Assembly (NCBI GenBank): GCA_041917165.1
Contig: JAYRYB010000002.1
Location: 337,327-401,326, forward strand
From: Azonexus sp.
GTDB taxonomy: Bacteria; Pseudomonadota; Gammaproteobacteria; Burkholderiales; Rhodocyclaceae
Direction of reading: 5' to 3'
Length of the DNA: 64,000 nt
The position numbers and the translations under genes were made by a program. Below the pieces are notes generated by a model. The model ran no database searches. It was not told the DNA's origin and worked only from the letters and a program-made list of their open reading frames with translations. Below, piece after piece: positions 18,700 through 28,171 of the stretch (positions are counted from its first letter, which is position 1; every line of letters begins with the position of its first letter).

Positions 18700-18723
18700 A
18701 AAAAAACCGGCCACATGGCCGGT
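18700..18723 (-). terminator. Terminator downstream of the tniQ remnant
   Basis: Minus strand ACCGGCCA-TG-TGGCCGGT hairpin running into a T tract. Confidence 0.7.
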
Positions 18724-18749
18724 CCTTCCTGTTCCCGGAATTCCTCCGG

Positions 18750-19664
18750 CTACTTTTCTTCTTCTGATTCGGAATCTGGTCTCAACAGGTGGCTTTGTAC
18801 GTCCTTGAGATTTAGGAGGAGATTGCTCAAGGGGGCGAGAATTGGAGCTGGCACCCGGGCGATGACCTCACGTAGGGTGACAGACTTTCCCTCTGCCCAA
18901 ATATCAATGCAAGCCTGCTCGAGATGCGGCCATGCATTGACGACATGTTCATCCTGACGCCGGCGTAGATATTCCTTCCAGCGCTCGCCAAGTTGCCGAG
19001 CGAGCGTATTCGCGCGCAGATAAAGCAGTCTGGCGTCGATATTTAATCGCCTCCCCGCTTCACGCACGGTGATTGGCGTCGGCAACAAAAGAAATGCCCG
19101 AAGTTGGTTTTCAATTTCTGCCCAGTTTCGCTCACGCTTTACCGTGCGAGTGCGTGGTTTGGGCTGGGGCAGGTTCAGAACAAGCTGAGGCTCTACTTGC
19201 GGACACACCCACTGCGATAAATCTCCGCTCAAAAGCTGTGTCAGACTTGCTCCGCTGTGAGCCGCAATCTTTAGGCTGGCCTTCAGGGTCGGTGTGCCAT
19301 CACCCTTCAACCAGTTGTGGACCGTGCTTTTCGCTAAACCGATACGTCGAGCAAAGAGAGCACTTTGCCCGTTGTCCATTTCCTCGATGATTTGCGAGAT
19401 TGCATTGATGAGGTTGTCGCGCATTGGTGTGCTCGCCAAAGTTTGCTGAGCGAAAACCAATTCACCGATTTGCCGTGCAGCCCATCGTGCGGCAGGGTCG
19501 ATTGAGGCGTTACTTGCTATTGCTCCCGCTTTCCCAAGGAACTCTCCACAATGAGTACACCAGCCGGGAACTACATATGCAGATGTATGGCGAATATTGT
19601 CTTTTCCGCAATGAGGGCAATGTCTCTCCAGCGAGCAAGCGTGTCGTGAACAAACGGAATGTAT
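18750..19664 (-). pseudogene. tniQ: 5'-truncated TniQ/TnsD-family target-selection protein
   Basis: Manual in-frame extension beyond the listed ORF gives VCSRHACSLERHCPHCG..PGWCTHCGEFLG (TniQ zinc-finger region), then an XRE-like HTH (FARRIGLAKSTVHNW); no start codon, in-frame stop at 19665-19667. Confidence 0.85.
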
Positions 19665-19975
19665 TCAGCGTATCTAATCATCCATCAGCATTGCCGATAC
19701 GACTGGATGAGGCTGATATACGTGAGACTTATCCTTGGGAGTACAAGAACCTGACCCAACGTCTCCGCCTGAGGTATGAAAACTTCAAGGAAAACATTCG
19801 CTACCACCAAATCCGTAAGGAGCTTGAGGGCGATAGTCGTTTCTGTAGGGAGCGCCTACTTGACCCCCTCAAGCCAGATGGTACGAAGAAAAAATTCTAC
19901 AACCCCAACATATTGCGTGAATTTGACCCTCACTACGTCAGGAGCAAAAAACCTGTGAATCCAGAAACGGCATAG
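19660..19975 (+). pseudogene. 3' fragment of a cargo gene resembling the C-terminus of DUF3644-type proteins
   Basis: YPWEY..LT..LR.RY.NFKEN..YH.IRK.LE...LDP..P...KKKFYNPNIL.EFD.HY recalled from that family; 5' part lost at the deletion junction. Confidence 0.5.
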
Positions 19976-19985
19976 GGCCTGAGGG

Positions 19986-20022
19986 TAAAAGCAAGAAGCC
20001 CATGTCTCTGAACATGGGCTTC
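19986..20022. terminator. Hairpin/terminator between convergent cargo genes
   Basis: GAAGCCCATGT-CTCTGA-ACATGGGCTTC with an A-rich flank (T tract on the minus strand). Confidence 0.55.
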
Positions 20023-20278
20023 GTAAATCTTGAACCTTGGCGCTGACGGCCAAGGTGAACGGTTCATTACCGTTGGGGTGCTACTTGGTCATTTTGTCGA
20101 ACTGCGGCGGATTTTCAGTCATGCTGCCTCCAATCGCGTTGTTCCTGAAGAGCCTGACCAACTGCCCGTCAGGCTTCAATTCCAGATTACTCCTCCAGAC
20201 AAAAAAGTCCACTAGCGGTACGGAGAAACGGCCCGCCAATTGGCGAGCCGTAGTGACACCTGTTTGCGGCGAACTTGG

Positions 20279-20953
20279 TTAGTCGTTGCTGGAGAATCCG
20301 AGCAGTTGCAGCACCGACAGGAAGAGGTTCAGCACATTCAGGTACATGCTGACCGCAGCCATCACATAGTTGGTTTCTTCACCACGCACCAGACGGCTGG
20401 TGTCGTACAGAATGAAGCCGGAGAACAGGAGCGCGGCAACGGCCGATACGCCAGCCTGCATGGCCGGGACGAACATCGCAGCAATGCTGGCCAGGATGAC
20501 GACAATCAAGCCGGCGAACAGGAACCCGCCCATGCGGGAGAAATCCTTCCCGGTTTTATGGACGTAAGCCGTCAGCGCCAAGGTAACTGCGGTGGTTATC
20601 ACGGCTGCCGTGAGCACCGTGCTGCTGCCACCAGGCATGTTGATGTAGTGGGTCAGCGTCGGGCCGATACCCATACCGCTGAGGGCGGTAAAGGTGAGCA
20701 TGGCCGGCACGGCTGCCGCAGTGTTCCGTTTCTTGTGCAGATAGAACAGCGGCACCAGGCCCAGCAGGGTAAATACGATACCGGCCAGCGGACCAAAACC
20801 CGCCAGCATGCTGATACCTGCACCGACGCCGGTAACAGCCGTTGAAAGGGCGAGCAGTTGGTAGGTATTGCGAATGACACGGTTGGTGTCGGGCGCCGCA
20901 AACGTGCCATATTCGGTTCTGCTCAGGTCGATAACACGTGCTTCAGTGCGCAT
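20279..20953 (-). CDS. yccA: Bax inhibitor-1/YccA family membrane protein (transposon cargo)
   Basis: NRVIRNTY.LL, GPTL..Y, KDFSRMGGFL, LFSGFILYDTS, TNYVMAAVSMYL..LNLF; RBS GGAGGAG. Confidence 0.92.
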   Translation of the reverse strand: MRTEARVIDLSRTEYGTFAAPDTNRVIRNTYQLLALSTAVTGVGAGISMLAGFGPLAGIVFTLLGLVPLFYLHKKRNTAAAVPAMLTFTALSGMGIGPTLTHYINMPGGSSTVLTAAVITTAVTLALTAYVHKTGKDFSRMGGFLFAGLIVVILASIAAMFVPAMQAGVSAVAALLFSGFILYDTSRLVRGEETNYVMAAVSMYLNVLNLFLSVLQLLGFSSND

Positions 20954-21185
20954 GGTGGATAACTCCTCCAGTGGTTGGTGACGTCACTGTAAGTCGTAGC
21001 TCGTTACCAAAAAACCAACCCACTGCTGAGCTTATATTCGAAAAAACAGAATCAATGTAACTTGTTGGTGAGTTTTTGCAGGATGCTGACCCCAATGGGC
21101 ACCTTCATCCATTGGCCTGGGTGGCGAAGGTGATTTTTGTGGGAAACAGGTCGAAATCTCCCTGTTTTCTAAGCCAATATTTTTT

Positions 21186-21318
21186 GGACACCTTATGCTT
21201 TATTTCCTACCGATAGGACAGGTTATGCTTGATTGGTAGAGGGGCCAGACCAGCATCCAGACTGAGCTTGAGGACAGTTTGTGCTTTAATGCTTGGACCT
21301 TTTATTCGTAACGCCACA
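21186..21318. repeat. tRNA-distal transposon end with four TnsB-type sites
   Basis: GGACACCTTATGCTTT 21186, GGACAGGTTATGCTTG 21216, GGACAGTTTGTGCTTT 21272, GGACCTTTTATTCGTA 21295, then terminal ACGCCACA. Confidence 0.85.
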
Positions 21319-21324
21319 TGAAAT

Positions 21325-21356
21325 GAAAAAAGCCAACCCAAGCGGTTGGCTTTTTT
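21325..21356 (+). terminator. Bidirectional terminator, probably the original tRNA-Gly terminator displaced by the insertion
   Basis: AAAAAAGCCAACC-CAAGC-GGTTGGCTTTTTT immediately after the right target duplication. Confidence 0.85.
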
Positions 21357-21516
21357 GCGCTCTGCGACTTGATTCTGACTCGATGATACCTGGCCGGAGG
21401 GGCTCAAAGGGTACGATGTATAAGTCCTGACTAATTGTTATTGATTTAAACGTTAATTGGACTAAATGTTTCTGGACTGGAATAGTGCGCGCCATTGAAA
21501 CAGAATTTCCAATGCG

Positions 21517-22464
21517 ATGCCTTTCGAACCCGTCATCCTCTTCTTTCTGCTCGGCGTGGTGGCCGGCCTGGCGCGGTCGGATCTGAAGATTCCGGCCGTC
21601 CTTTACGAATCCCTGAGTATTTTTCTGCTGCTCGCCATCGGTCTCAAGGGTGGGGTCGAGCTGGCGCGGCAGTCGCTGGCGGAGCTGATCCTGCCAGCGC
21701 TGGTGGTGGTCGGTGTGGGCGCGCTGTTGCCCTTGGTCGCCTTTCCCATCCTGCAGCGACTGGGCAAGCTGTCGCGGGCGGATGCGGCTTCGGTGGCGGC
21801 GCACTACGGCTCGGTCAGCGTTGTGACTTTCGCGGTGGCGGCCGCATATCTGGCCAATCTCGGGCAGGACTACGAGGGGTACATGGTGGTCTTCCTGGTG
21901 CTGCTTGAGTTTCCGGCGCTGATGATTGGTGTCTGGCTGGCGAAAAGCGGCCAGGGGGCGGCGGATTCCAACATGGGCAAAGTCCTGCATGAGGTGTTTG
22001 CCGGGAAGAGCATCGTGCTGCTGGTAGGCGGCCTGCTGATCGGCTGGTTGGCAGGGGCGGATGGCCTGAAGCCGCTGGACAAGGTGTTCTTCGATCTGTT
22101 CAAGGGGCTGCTGGCGATCTTCCTGCTTGAAATGGGTCTGGTGGCGGCGAGCCGGATCGGCGATCTGCGTCGGGCGGGCGGCTTCCTGCTGGGATTTGCG
22201 GTGATCATGCCGTTATTCGGCGGTATGCTGGGCGTCTTGACCGCCACGCTGCTTGGTCTGTCGGTGGGCGGCGCGATGCTCCTCGGCACCCTGTACGCCA
22301 GCGCGTCTTACATTGCCGCGCCGGCAGCGATGCGTATCGCCGTGCCGGAGGCGAACCCCGCCCTGTCGATCGGTGCCGCGCTGGGGATCACCTTCCCGTT
22401 TAATCTGGTGGTTGGGATTCCGATCTACCATTGGCTGGCTGGCCAATTTCAAGGAGTTGTCTGA
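21517..22464 (+). CDS. Sodium-dependent bicarbonate transporter family permease (SbtA-like)
   Basis: SDLKIP, LL.IGLKGG, AAHYGSVSVVTF, ASASYIAAPAAMR, LGITFPFN. Confidence 0.9.
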   Translation: MPFEPVILFFLLGVVAGLARSDLKIPAVLYESLSIFLLLAIGLKGGVELARQSLAELILPALVVVGVGALLPLVAFPILQRLGKLSRADAASVAAHYGSVSVVTFAVAAAYLANLGQDYEGYMVVFLVLLEFPALMIGVWLAKSGQGAADSNMGKVLHEVFAGKSIVLLVGGLLIGWLAGADGLKPLDKVFFDLFKGLLAIFLLEMGLVAASRIGDLRRAGGFLLGFAVIMPLFGGMLGVLTATLLGLSVGGAMLLGTLYASASYIAAPAAMRIAVPEANPALSIGAALGITFPFNLVVGIPIYHWLAGQFQGVV

Positions 22465-22772
22465 TGGTTGCGAGTTATACCCGCCGCACGCTGCTGACCG
22501 TGATCTGTGAGGCGTCGATTGAAGCGCGTGTCGTAGCCGATGCCCGGCGCCTCGGCGCTCACGGTTACACCGCCACTGAGGCGCGTGGTGGTGGCCAGCA
22601 TGGTGAGCGTGACGGCCACTGGCCGATGAGCGGCAATGTACGCATCGAGATCCTCTGCGAGGCGGCAGTGGCCGATGCCATCGCCCTGCATCTGCAGTCG
22701 GCCTATTTTGCGACTTACGCGATGGTTTGCTACCTGAGCGACGTGTCGGTACTGCGCTCAAACAAGTTTTGA
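22464..22772 (+). CDS. P-II-like regulator (SbtB-like)
   Basis: LLTVICEASIE, GAHGYT..EARGGG..GER, NVRIEILC, VLRSNKF; ATGA-type overlap with the permease stop. Confidence 0.85.
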   Translation: MVASYTRRTLLTVICEASIEARVVADARRLGAHGYTATEARGGGQHGERDGHWPMSGNVRIEILCEAAVADAIALHLQSAYFATYAMVCYLSDVSVLRSNKF

Positions 22773-22785
22773 GCGCCGTCTGCGG

Positions 22786-25550
22786 TCAACCTGAATTATT
22801 GCCCCGTTTCAGGACACTGAGCAGCGTGGCGTAGAGTTCTTCCGGCTCAACCGGCTTGGCGAGGAAGTCGTCCATGCCGGCATCAAGGCAGCGCCGGCGG
22901 TCTTCGGCAAAGGCGTTGGCGGTCATCGCCAGGATGGCCACCCGGTCGCCGTCGGGCAGGGCGCGGATGCGCCGCGTGGCCTCGAGGCCGTCCATGTGTG
23001 GCATCTGCATGTCCATCAGGATCAGGTCATAGCGGTTGTTGCGACAGCGCTCGACTGCCACGGCGCCGTCTTCGGCCTCCTCGACTTCGGCGGCGACTTG
23101 CTCAAGCAGGATGCGCGCGATTTCCCGGTTCACCGCTTCATCCTCGACGATCAATACCCGGCAGCCCTTGAAATCGCGAGCCAGGGCTGTCTCCGCTGCA
23201 GAAGTGGGTTGCGGCGTCGCCATGTTATTGCCGACGGCCTTGTTGAGGCGGACGGTGAACCAGAAGCAGCTGCCCTGACCTAGGGTGCTGGCTGCGCCGG
23301 CATCGCCCCCCATCTGTTGCGCCAGCTTGCGGGTAATCGCCAGCCCGAGACCGGTGCCGCCATGGCGACGGGTGGTGGAGTTGTCCACCTGCTCGAAGGG
23401 CGAGAACAGCCGTTGCAGGTCGTCCGCAGCAATGCCCGGCCCGGTATCGATCACCTCGAAACGCAGCAGAACATTGTCGGCGCCGTCTTCGAGCGTCTGA
23501 CAGCGCAGCGTCACGCCCCCCTGTTCGGTGAACTTGACCGCATTGGTCGCATAGTTGAGCAGCGCCTGGGTGATGCGCGTGGCATCGCCGCGCAACCCGT
23601 CGGGAAGAACCGGCAATTCGTTGACCAGCGAAATTCCCCGGCTGCGCGCGCGCTCCGCGAGCATCGACACGACGTTGCCGGTGATCTGCTCGATGTGCAC
23701 CGGGTTGTCCTCAAGGACAAACTTGCCGGCTTCGATTTTCGACAGATCGAGGATGGCATTGATGATCTCCAGCAAATGCTGGCCAGCGGCCTCGATCTTG
23801 TCGAGCCGGTCAATCTGCGCCGGATTCAGTCCGGAACGGCGCAGGAGATAGGACATGCCGGTGATGGCGTTGAGCGGGGTGCGGATTTCATGGCTCATGT
23901 TGGCGACAAAGCTGCTTTTCGCCAGATTGGCGGCTTCGGCGGCTTCCTTGGCTGTCTGCAATTCGGCCGTTCGTCGATCCACCAGTTCCTCAAGGTGGTC
24001 ACGATAGTCGATCAGTGCCAATTCACTCTGCCGGCGGGCGGTAATGTCCTCGCCCGATGAGAGAACACCGACAAATCCCCCCGCTTCATCGCGAATGACC
24101 ACGTTGTTCCAGGCCATCAGCAGCGAATTGCCCTGGGCGTCCAGAATTCGGTTCTCGAAATGGTCCAGCGATGCTTGCTGACCCTCGACCAGTGCATGGA
24201 AGTACTGGCGAACGGCCTTGCGTTCAGCCTCCGGCAGAAAATTGTCGAACCAGTTCATGCCGATCAGGCGATCGACCGGCAGGCCGATCATCTCGGCACC
24301 ACGGCGGTTGATCATCGAGATGCAGCCGGTTTTGTCGATCACCAGCAGCATGACGCCGGCGACATCGAGGTAACGCTGGGCGTTGTCACGTTCCAGACGC
24401 AGGGCGTCGGTGCGCTCGCGCACGCGGGCTTCCAGTTCGCCAGTCGCCCGCTGGATGGCGTCTGCCATCTGGTTGAAGGCGCTGGCAAGGTCGCGGGTCT
24501 CGGCACTATCCAGCGGGTCGGGCGTTGCCCGCACATCGAGATTGCCCTGGCCCAGACGTCGGGCGTGGGCGGCGAGGCGGCGCAGCGGGCGGCTCATGCC
24601 GCGTGCCGCCAGCCCGATCAGCAGCAGTCCTACCGCCCCAATCAGCAAGGCGATGATGCCCAGATTGAGCAGCCGCCCTTGCAAGCCGCCGAGTGCATCG
24701 GCGGTGCGCTGATACTGCAGCAGCGTCAGCGCCTGCGTGCCGCTGAGCGGCAGATGGCGGGAGCTGACCAGATAAGCTTCCCCGTTGTCGTCGTTGAGGG
24801 TCAATGTGCCCTCGAAGCCGGGGGAAACCTGCTGTCGGTATTGCGCCAGCGGCAGCGGGCCGCCGGTTTGTGCGACCAGCTGGCCGCTGCCATCGATCAG
24901 CGCACTCTGGCTGTCGGACGGGCTGGTGTTGAGCCTTGGCTGGGCAATGAATTGCGCGGGTGCCATCAGGGCGACGATGATGCCGACCGGCTGGCCATTG
25001 AATTGCTCCGGCGCGGAGGCCTCGAGGCTGCGGATCTGGCGGGCAATCAGAATGAAACTGCTGTCGTTCAGTTCCAGCTGGTCCACGAGCTCGCTGGTGC
25101 CGGGGCGGCTGGCGGCTAAGGACAGCGACTGATCTGGAAAGGGCTTGCCCAGCCATTTGGGGTCGGATGCGGCCTGTACGATGCCGTCACCGGGCGTCAG
25201 CAGGAAAAAGGCGTGAAATCGGTCGGGGTAGGCGCGCTGCAGGCGGTCATGGAGACGCTCGAGATTGTCTTGCAGCGCGGGCGAACGGCTGGCGAGCAGG
25301 CGGGCGAGGGTGACGTTCTCGGCGAGATTGAGCAGTTGCCCCCGGTCCTCCTGCAGGCGGTTGTTGAACCAGGCGGCCATGTGATCGGCTTCTAGCTCAA
25401 GGACGCGGGTTGCTTCACCGAGTCGTTGATTGCTGGCGCCGACAAAGCCGAGTGAGGGCAGGCCATTGAACCAGAGGAAAAAAACAGCCCGATGGCACCC
25501 AGGAACAGTGTTCCGAAGTAGCTGACGATGCGGGTCGAGAGGCGTTGCAT
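22786..25550 (-). pseudogene. Hybrid sensor histidine kinase (periplasmic-HAMP-PAS-HisKA-HATPase-REC) with a frameshift near the 5' end
   Basis: [28 protein letters not shown]; ATG at 25550 ([23 protein letters not shown]) is out of frame with the body at an A7 run (25478-25484). Confidence 0.75.
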
Positions 25551-25562
25551 GGAGAGCCCGGC

Positions 25563-26711
25563 TCAGTCCCGATAATCGAAGCGGCCGGTTTCGTGGCGGC
25601 GGGGTTCGGTCTGGACGCGCGGCAGCAGGTCGTTGTTCAGCGCGTCGGCGACCCGGCTCCATTCGCCATCGGCTGGCAGCTTGTTGAGGCGCTTGAGAAA
25701 CTCGAACTCGCCGAGCAGCGGTGGCGGGGCCTTGGGGTTGTTGATGATGCTCGGCGCCGATGGCACGTTGAGCAGCTCGCGGCGGGTGATGGCAACGATC
25801 TTCTCGACCGGCAGCGGCGAGGGACGGCCGGAGAAGCTTTCAGCATCGGCCTGCGCCCAGCGGGCAGCGCGCTCGATATTCTTCTGTGACAGTCGCAACC
25901 ACTCGATGGCCCGCACGTAGCCGGCAACCAGCGCATCGACTGCGGCTGGGGAGCGCCGGACAAAGGCTTTGCTGACAACGAAATAGTCACTGCTCAAGCC
26001 GCGAAAGACGATGCGATTGGCCGGGTTGGCCGCGAGCGCGATCGACGGAGCCGGCTCCCACGCGGCGAAAGCATCGATTTCGCCGCGCTGGAGCGCATCG
26101 GGCATGTCGTCTACCCGCATCGGCAGCAGCCGGACGTCGCTGTCCTTCAGTCCGGCTGCCGAAAGGCCTTGCAGCAGCGTCTGATGGGCGCTGGAAGCTT
26201 CGACATAGGCGATGCGCTTGCCCGCCAGACCCCGTACCTGGGTCTGATCGCGGGCGACGATGGCGGTCGGGCTTTGCTTGGCGAGGCCGACAATCGAGAC
26301 GTCGCCGCTGGCGGCCGCGAGCAGGGTTGGCATGTCGCCGAGCAGCCCGGCTTCAAGTCGCTTGTCGGAGAAAAGCGTCAGCATGTCAGCGCCACGCCGG
26401 AAGGGGTGGGTCTGCAGCGGCTGCCCGAGTGCGGCCAGGTGGCTTTTGAGAATCTCGTCGTGGCGGAGTACGGCGGTGAGGACACCGGCGGGATAACCGA
26501 GCGGCTGGATGCCGACATCGACGGCGGGCGAGGCTGGCGTCAGGCCGTAGCGATCGTAGTAGGGTACTTCCTCGGCGTGAGCCTCTCGCAGCGTCAGACC
26601 GGCGAGCGTCAGCAGCAGGGCTGTCGCCGCACGAAAGCGTGCTGCCCATCGAATTGGAGGTCTGCGTGAAATCAACGGTAAATCTCCCTGCCACCATGCT
26701 GATGCCATCAT
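25563..26711 (-). CDS. SsuA/NMT1-like periplasmic substrate-binding protein (start uncertain)
   Basis: Hydrophobic signal-like stretch, [24 protein letters not shown]. Confidence 0.8.
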   Translation of the reverse strand: MMASAWWQGDLPLISRRPPIRWAARFRAATALLLTLAGLTLREAHAEEVPYYDRYGLTPASPAVDVGIQPLGYPAGVLTAVLRHDEILKSHLAALGQPLQTHPFRRGADMLTLFSDKRLEAGLLGDMPTLLAAASGDVSIVGLAKQSPTAIVARDQTQVRGLAGKRIAYVEASSAHQTLLQGLSAAGLKDSDVRLLPMRVDDMPDALQRGEIDAFAAWEPAPSIALAANPANRIVFRGLSSDYFVVSKAFVRRSPAAVDALVAGYVRAIEWLRLSQKNIERAARWAQADAESFSGRPSPLPVEKIVAITRRELLNVPSAPSIINNPKAPPPLLGEFEFLKRLNKLPADGEWSRVADALNNDLLPRVQTEPRRHETGRFDYRD

Positions 26712-26828
26712 TCAAGTGTGGCACAGCCTGAGCGTAATTGCATGCGTGTAATGATGTGTGACCGGTGGAAACTTTCTGGTGCCCGGGGCTGTCATTCGTG
26801 CACCCAACACCAACAAAGGAGACATGCC

Positions 26829-27269
26829 ATGCCTAATCGTCCCGTGATCAAGATCATTCAAAACCGTGACTTCCTGACCTCGACGCCCGAGAAAAGCGTT
26901 CGTGCGGTGGCTGCGCACATGAAGCAGTATCACGCGGGCGCCGTGCTGGTCGTCGATCCCGACGATGGCAAGTTGATCGGTATTTGTACGGAGCGCGATC
27001 TGGCCTTCAAGGTGCTCGCTGAAGGGCTGGATGCCAATACGACGCCGGTGCGTTCGGTAATGAGCGCCAACCCGGAAAGCATTGCGCCGGAAAAGCCGTT
27101 TGGTCACGCGCTGCATCGCATGTTCGAGGGCGGCTTCCGCCACATGCCGGTGGTTGATCCGCTCGGCCGGCCGAGCGGTGTGATTTCGGCGCGCGATGCG
27201 CTGGGCGTCGAACTGCTGCATTTCCGCGAGGAAGTCGAGCAGCGCGATCATATTGCGGAAGTGTTGTAA
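26829..27269 (+). CDS. CBS-domain pair protein
   Basis: RBS AAGGAG; GAVLVV..LIGICTERD, FRHMPVVD, GVISARD. Confidence 0.9.
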   Translation: MPNRPVIKIIQNRDFLTSTPEKSVRAVAAHMKQYHAGAVLVVDPDDGKLIGICTERDLAFKVLAEGLDANTTPVRSVMSANPESIAPEKPFGHALHRMFEGGFRHMPVVDPLGRPSGVISARDALGVELLHFREEVEQRDHIAEVL

Positions 27270-27383
27270 TTGTTGTGCCTAGGGGGCCGCCTCAGGGCGG
27301 CCATTTTTGACGAATTTTCGCGTTGACCGCAGATAGCGAGTACGCCGCAGAGTTTCAACGCGACTAGATGAGGAATCGATGTC

Positions 27384-27641
27384 ATGTTGCCCATCAGCTA
27401 TGTCAATCTTGCCAATGTGCCGGCGTTTCGCTCGGTGCAGGTGCGGGACGGGCTGGTGGCACGACAGGATCGAGTGCCTCCGGCCGAGCAGGTCGACCTG
27501 CCTGAAATTCAGGAGAGCTTCCGCGTCAGTTTCAGTGACGATGCGCGCCTGACCGAAAGCATGGCGACGCGCAACGCCCTGGCGTCGCCAGCGCAAGCCC
27601 AAGACCCGACGAAACTCTACCGGCAGGTCGCCGCCCTGTGA
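27384..27641 (+). CDS. Hypothetical protein
   Basis: RBS GAGGA, 85 aa, GTGA overlap with the next gene. Confidence 0.55.
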   Translation: MLPISYVNLANVPAFRSVQVRDGLVARQDRVPPAEQVDLPEIQESFRVSFSDDARLTESMATRNALASPAQAQDPTKLYRQVAAL

Positions 27642-28171
27642 TCGGCGCCGGCGACGCGGCGCTGCTGGGCTGGCTGGCGGCGCAGCGGCAGCCCTGGCTG
27701 GATGCCGTGATGTTCGCGCTGACGTGGCTGGGCTCGCTGTGGCTGTTGCTGCCGGCGCTCGGGCTGATTACGCTGCGCTGGCGTCAGGCCGGTCTGCGGA
27801 CCTTGGTCGCCTTGCTGTCGGCCAGCGTCCTTTGCCATGTTTTGAAAGTATTGATCGACCGGCCCCGCCCTGATCTGTGGTCCGGCGTGTTGCCGCTGCC
27901 GGCCGATGCCGCTTTCCCCAGCGCGCATTCAGCGCAGGCGATGGCGGTGGCCGTTGCGCTCCTCTACCTGATGCCGTCCCATTGGCGAATGCGGTTTGGT
28001 AGTGGCTTGATCCTGCTCGCCGGACTGGTCGGTCTGTCGCGGCTGTATCTGCAGGTGCACTGGCCGAGTGATGTCGTCGCTGGCTGGCTGCTCGGCGCCG
28101 GTGTGGCCATCCTGAGTTTGCGCCTGGCGAAGGTCTGGCGAGCGGGTCGCGCGCTTCAGTCCAGCAGCTGA
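27638..28171 (+). CDS. PAP2-family phosphatase
   Basis: K-x4-RPRP, FPSAHS, SRLYLQVHWPSDV. Confidence 0.92.
   Translation: MIGAGDAALLGWLAAQRQPWLDAVMFALTWLGSLWLLLPALGLITLRWRQAGLRTLVALLSASVLCHVLKVLIDRPRPDLWSGVLPLPADAAFPSAHSAQAMAVAVALLYLMPSHWRMRFGSGLILLAGLVGLSRLYLQVHWPSDVVAGWLLGAGVAILSLRLAKVWRAGRALQSSS

Larger units (their letters stand above)
18572..21318. mobile_element. Non-autonomous (internally deleted) Tn7-like transposon at tRNA-Gly
   Basis: TGT...ACA termini with 18/24-nt inverted identity, 5-bp TGAAA duplication (18567-18571 and 21319-21323), repeated GGACA-N2-TTATGCTT sites at both ends, TniQ remnant, visibly lower GC. Confidence 0.92.

Noticed and set aside
19424-19660. N-terminal half of the 183-aa plus-strand ORF
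   Set aside because: It is the antisense of the tniQ zinc-finger region; only the part after about 19660 looks like real coding sequence
18572-21318. CRISPR array or cas genes (CAST) inside the Tn7-like element
   Set aside because: The repeats are irregularly spaced 15-16-bp end motifs, not repeat-spacer units; no cas-like ORF is present
18468-21360. Integrase-type genomic island with a duplicated tRNA 3' end
   Set aside because: No second copy of the tRNA 3' end and no integrase seen; the boundaries are explained by TGT/ACA ends and a 5-bp duplication
25551-25662. Listed start of the 958-aa kinase ORF
   Set aside because: Overlaps the upstream binding-protein gene and reads as non-protein-like; better explained by the frameshift at 25478-25484
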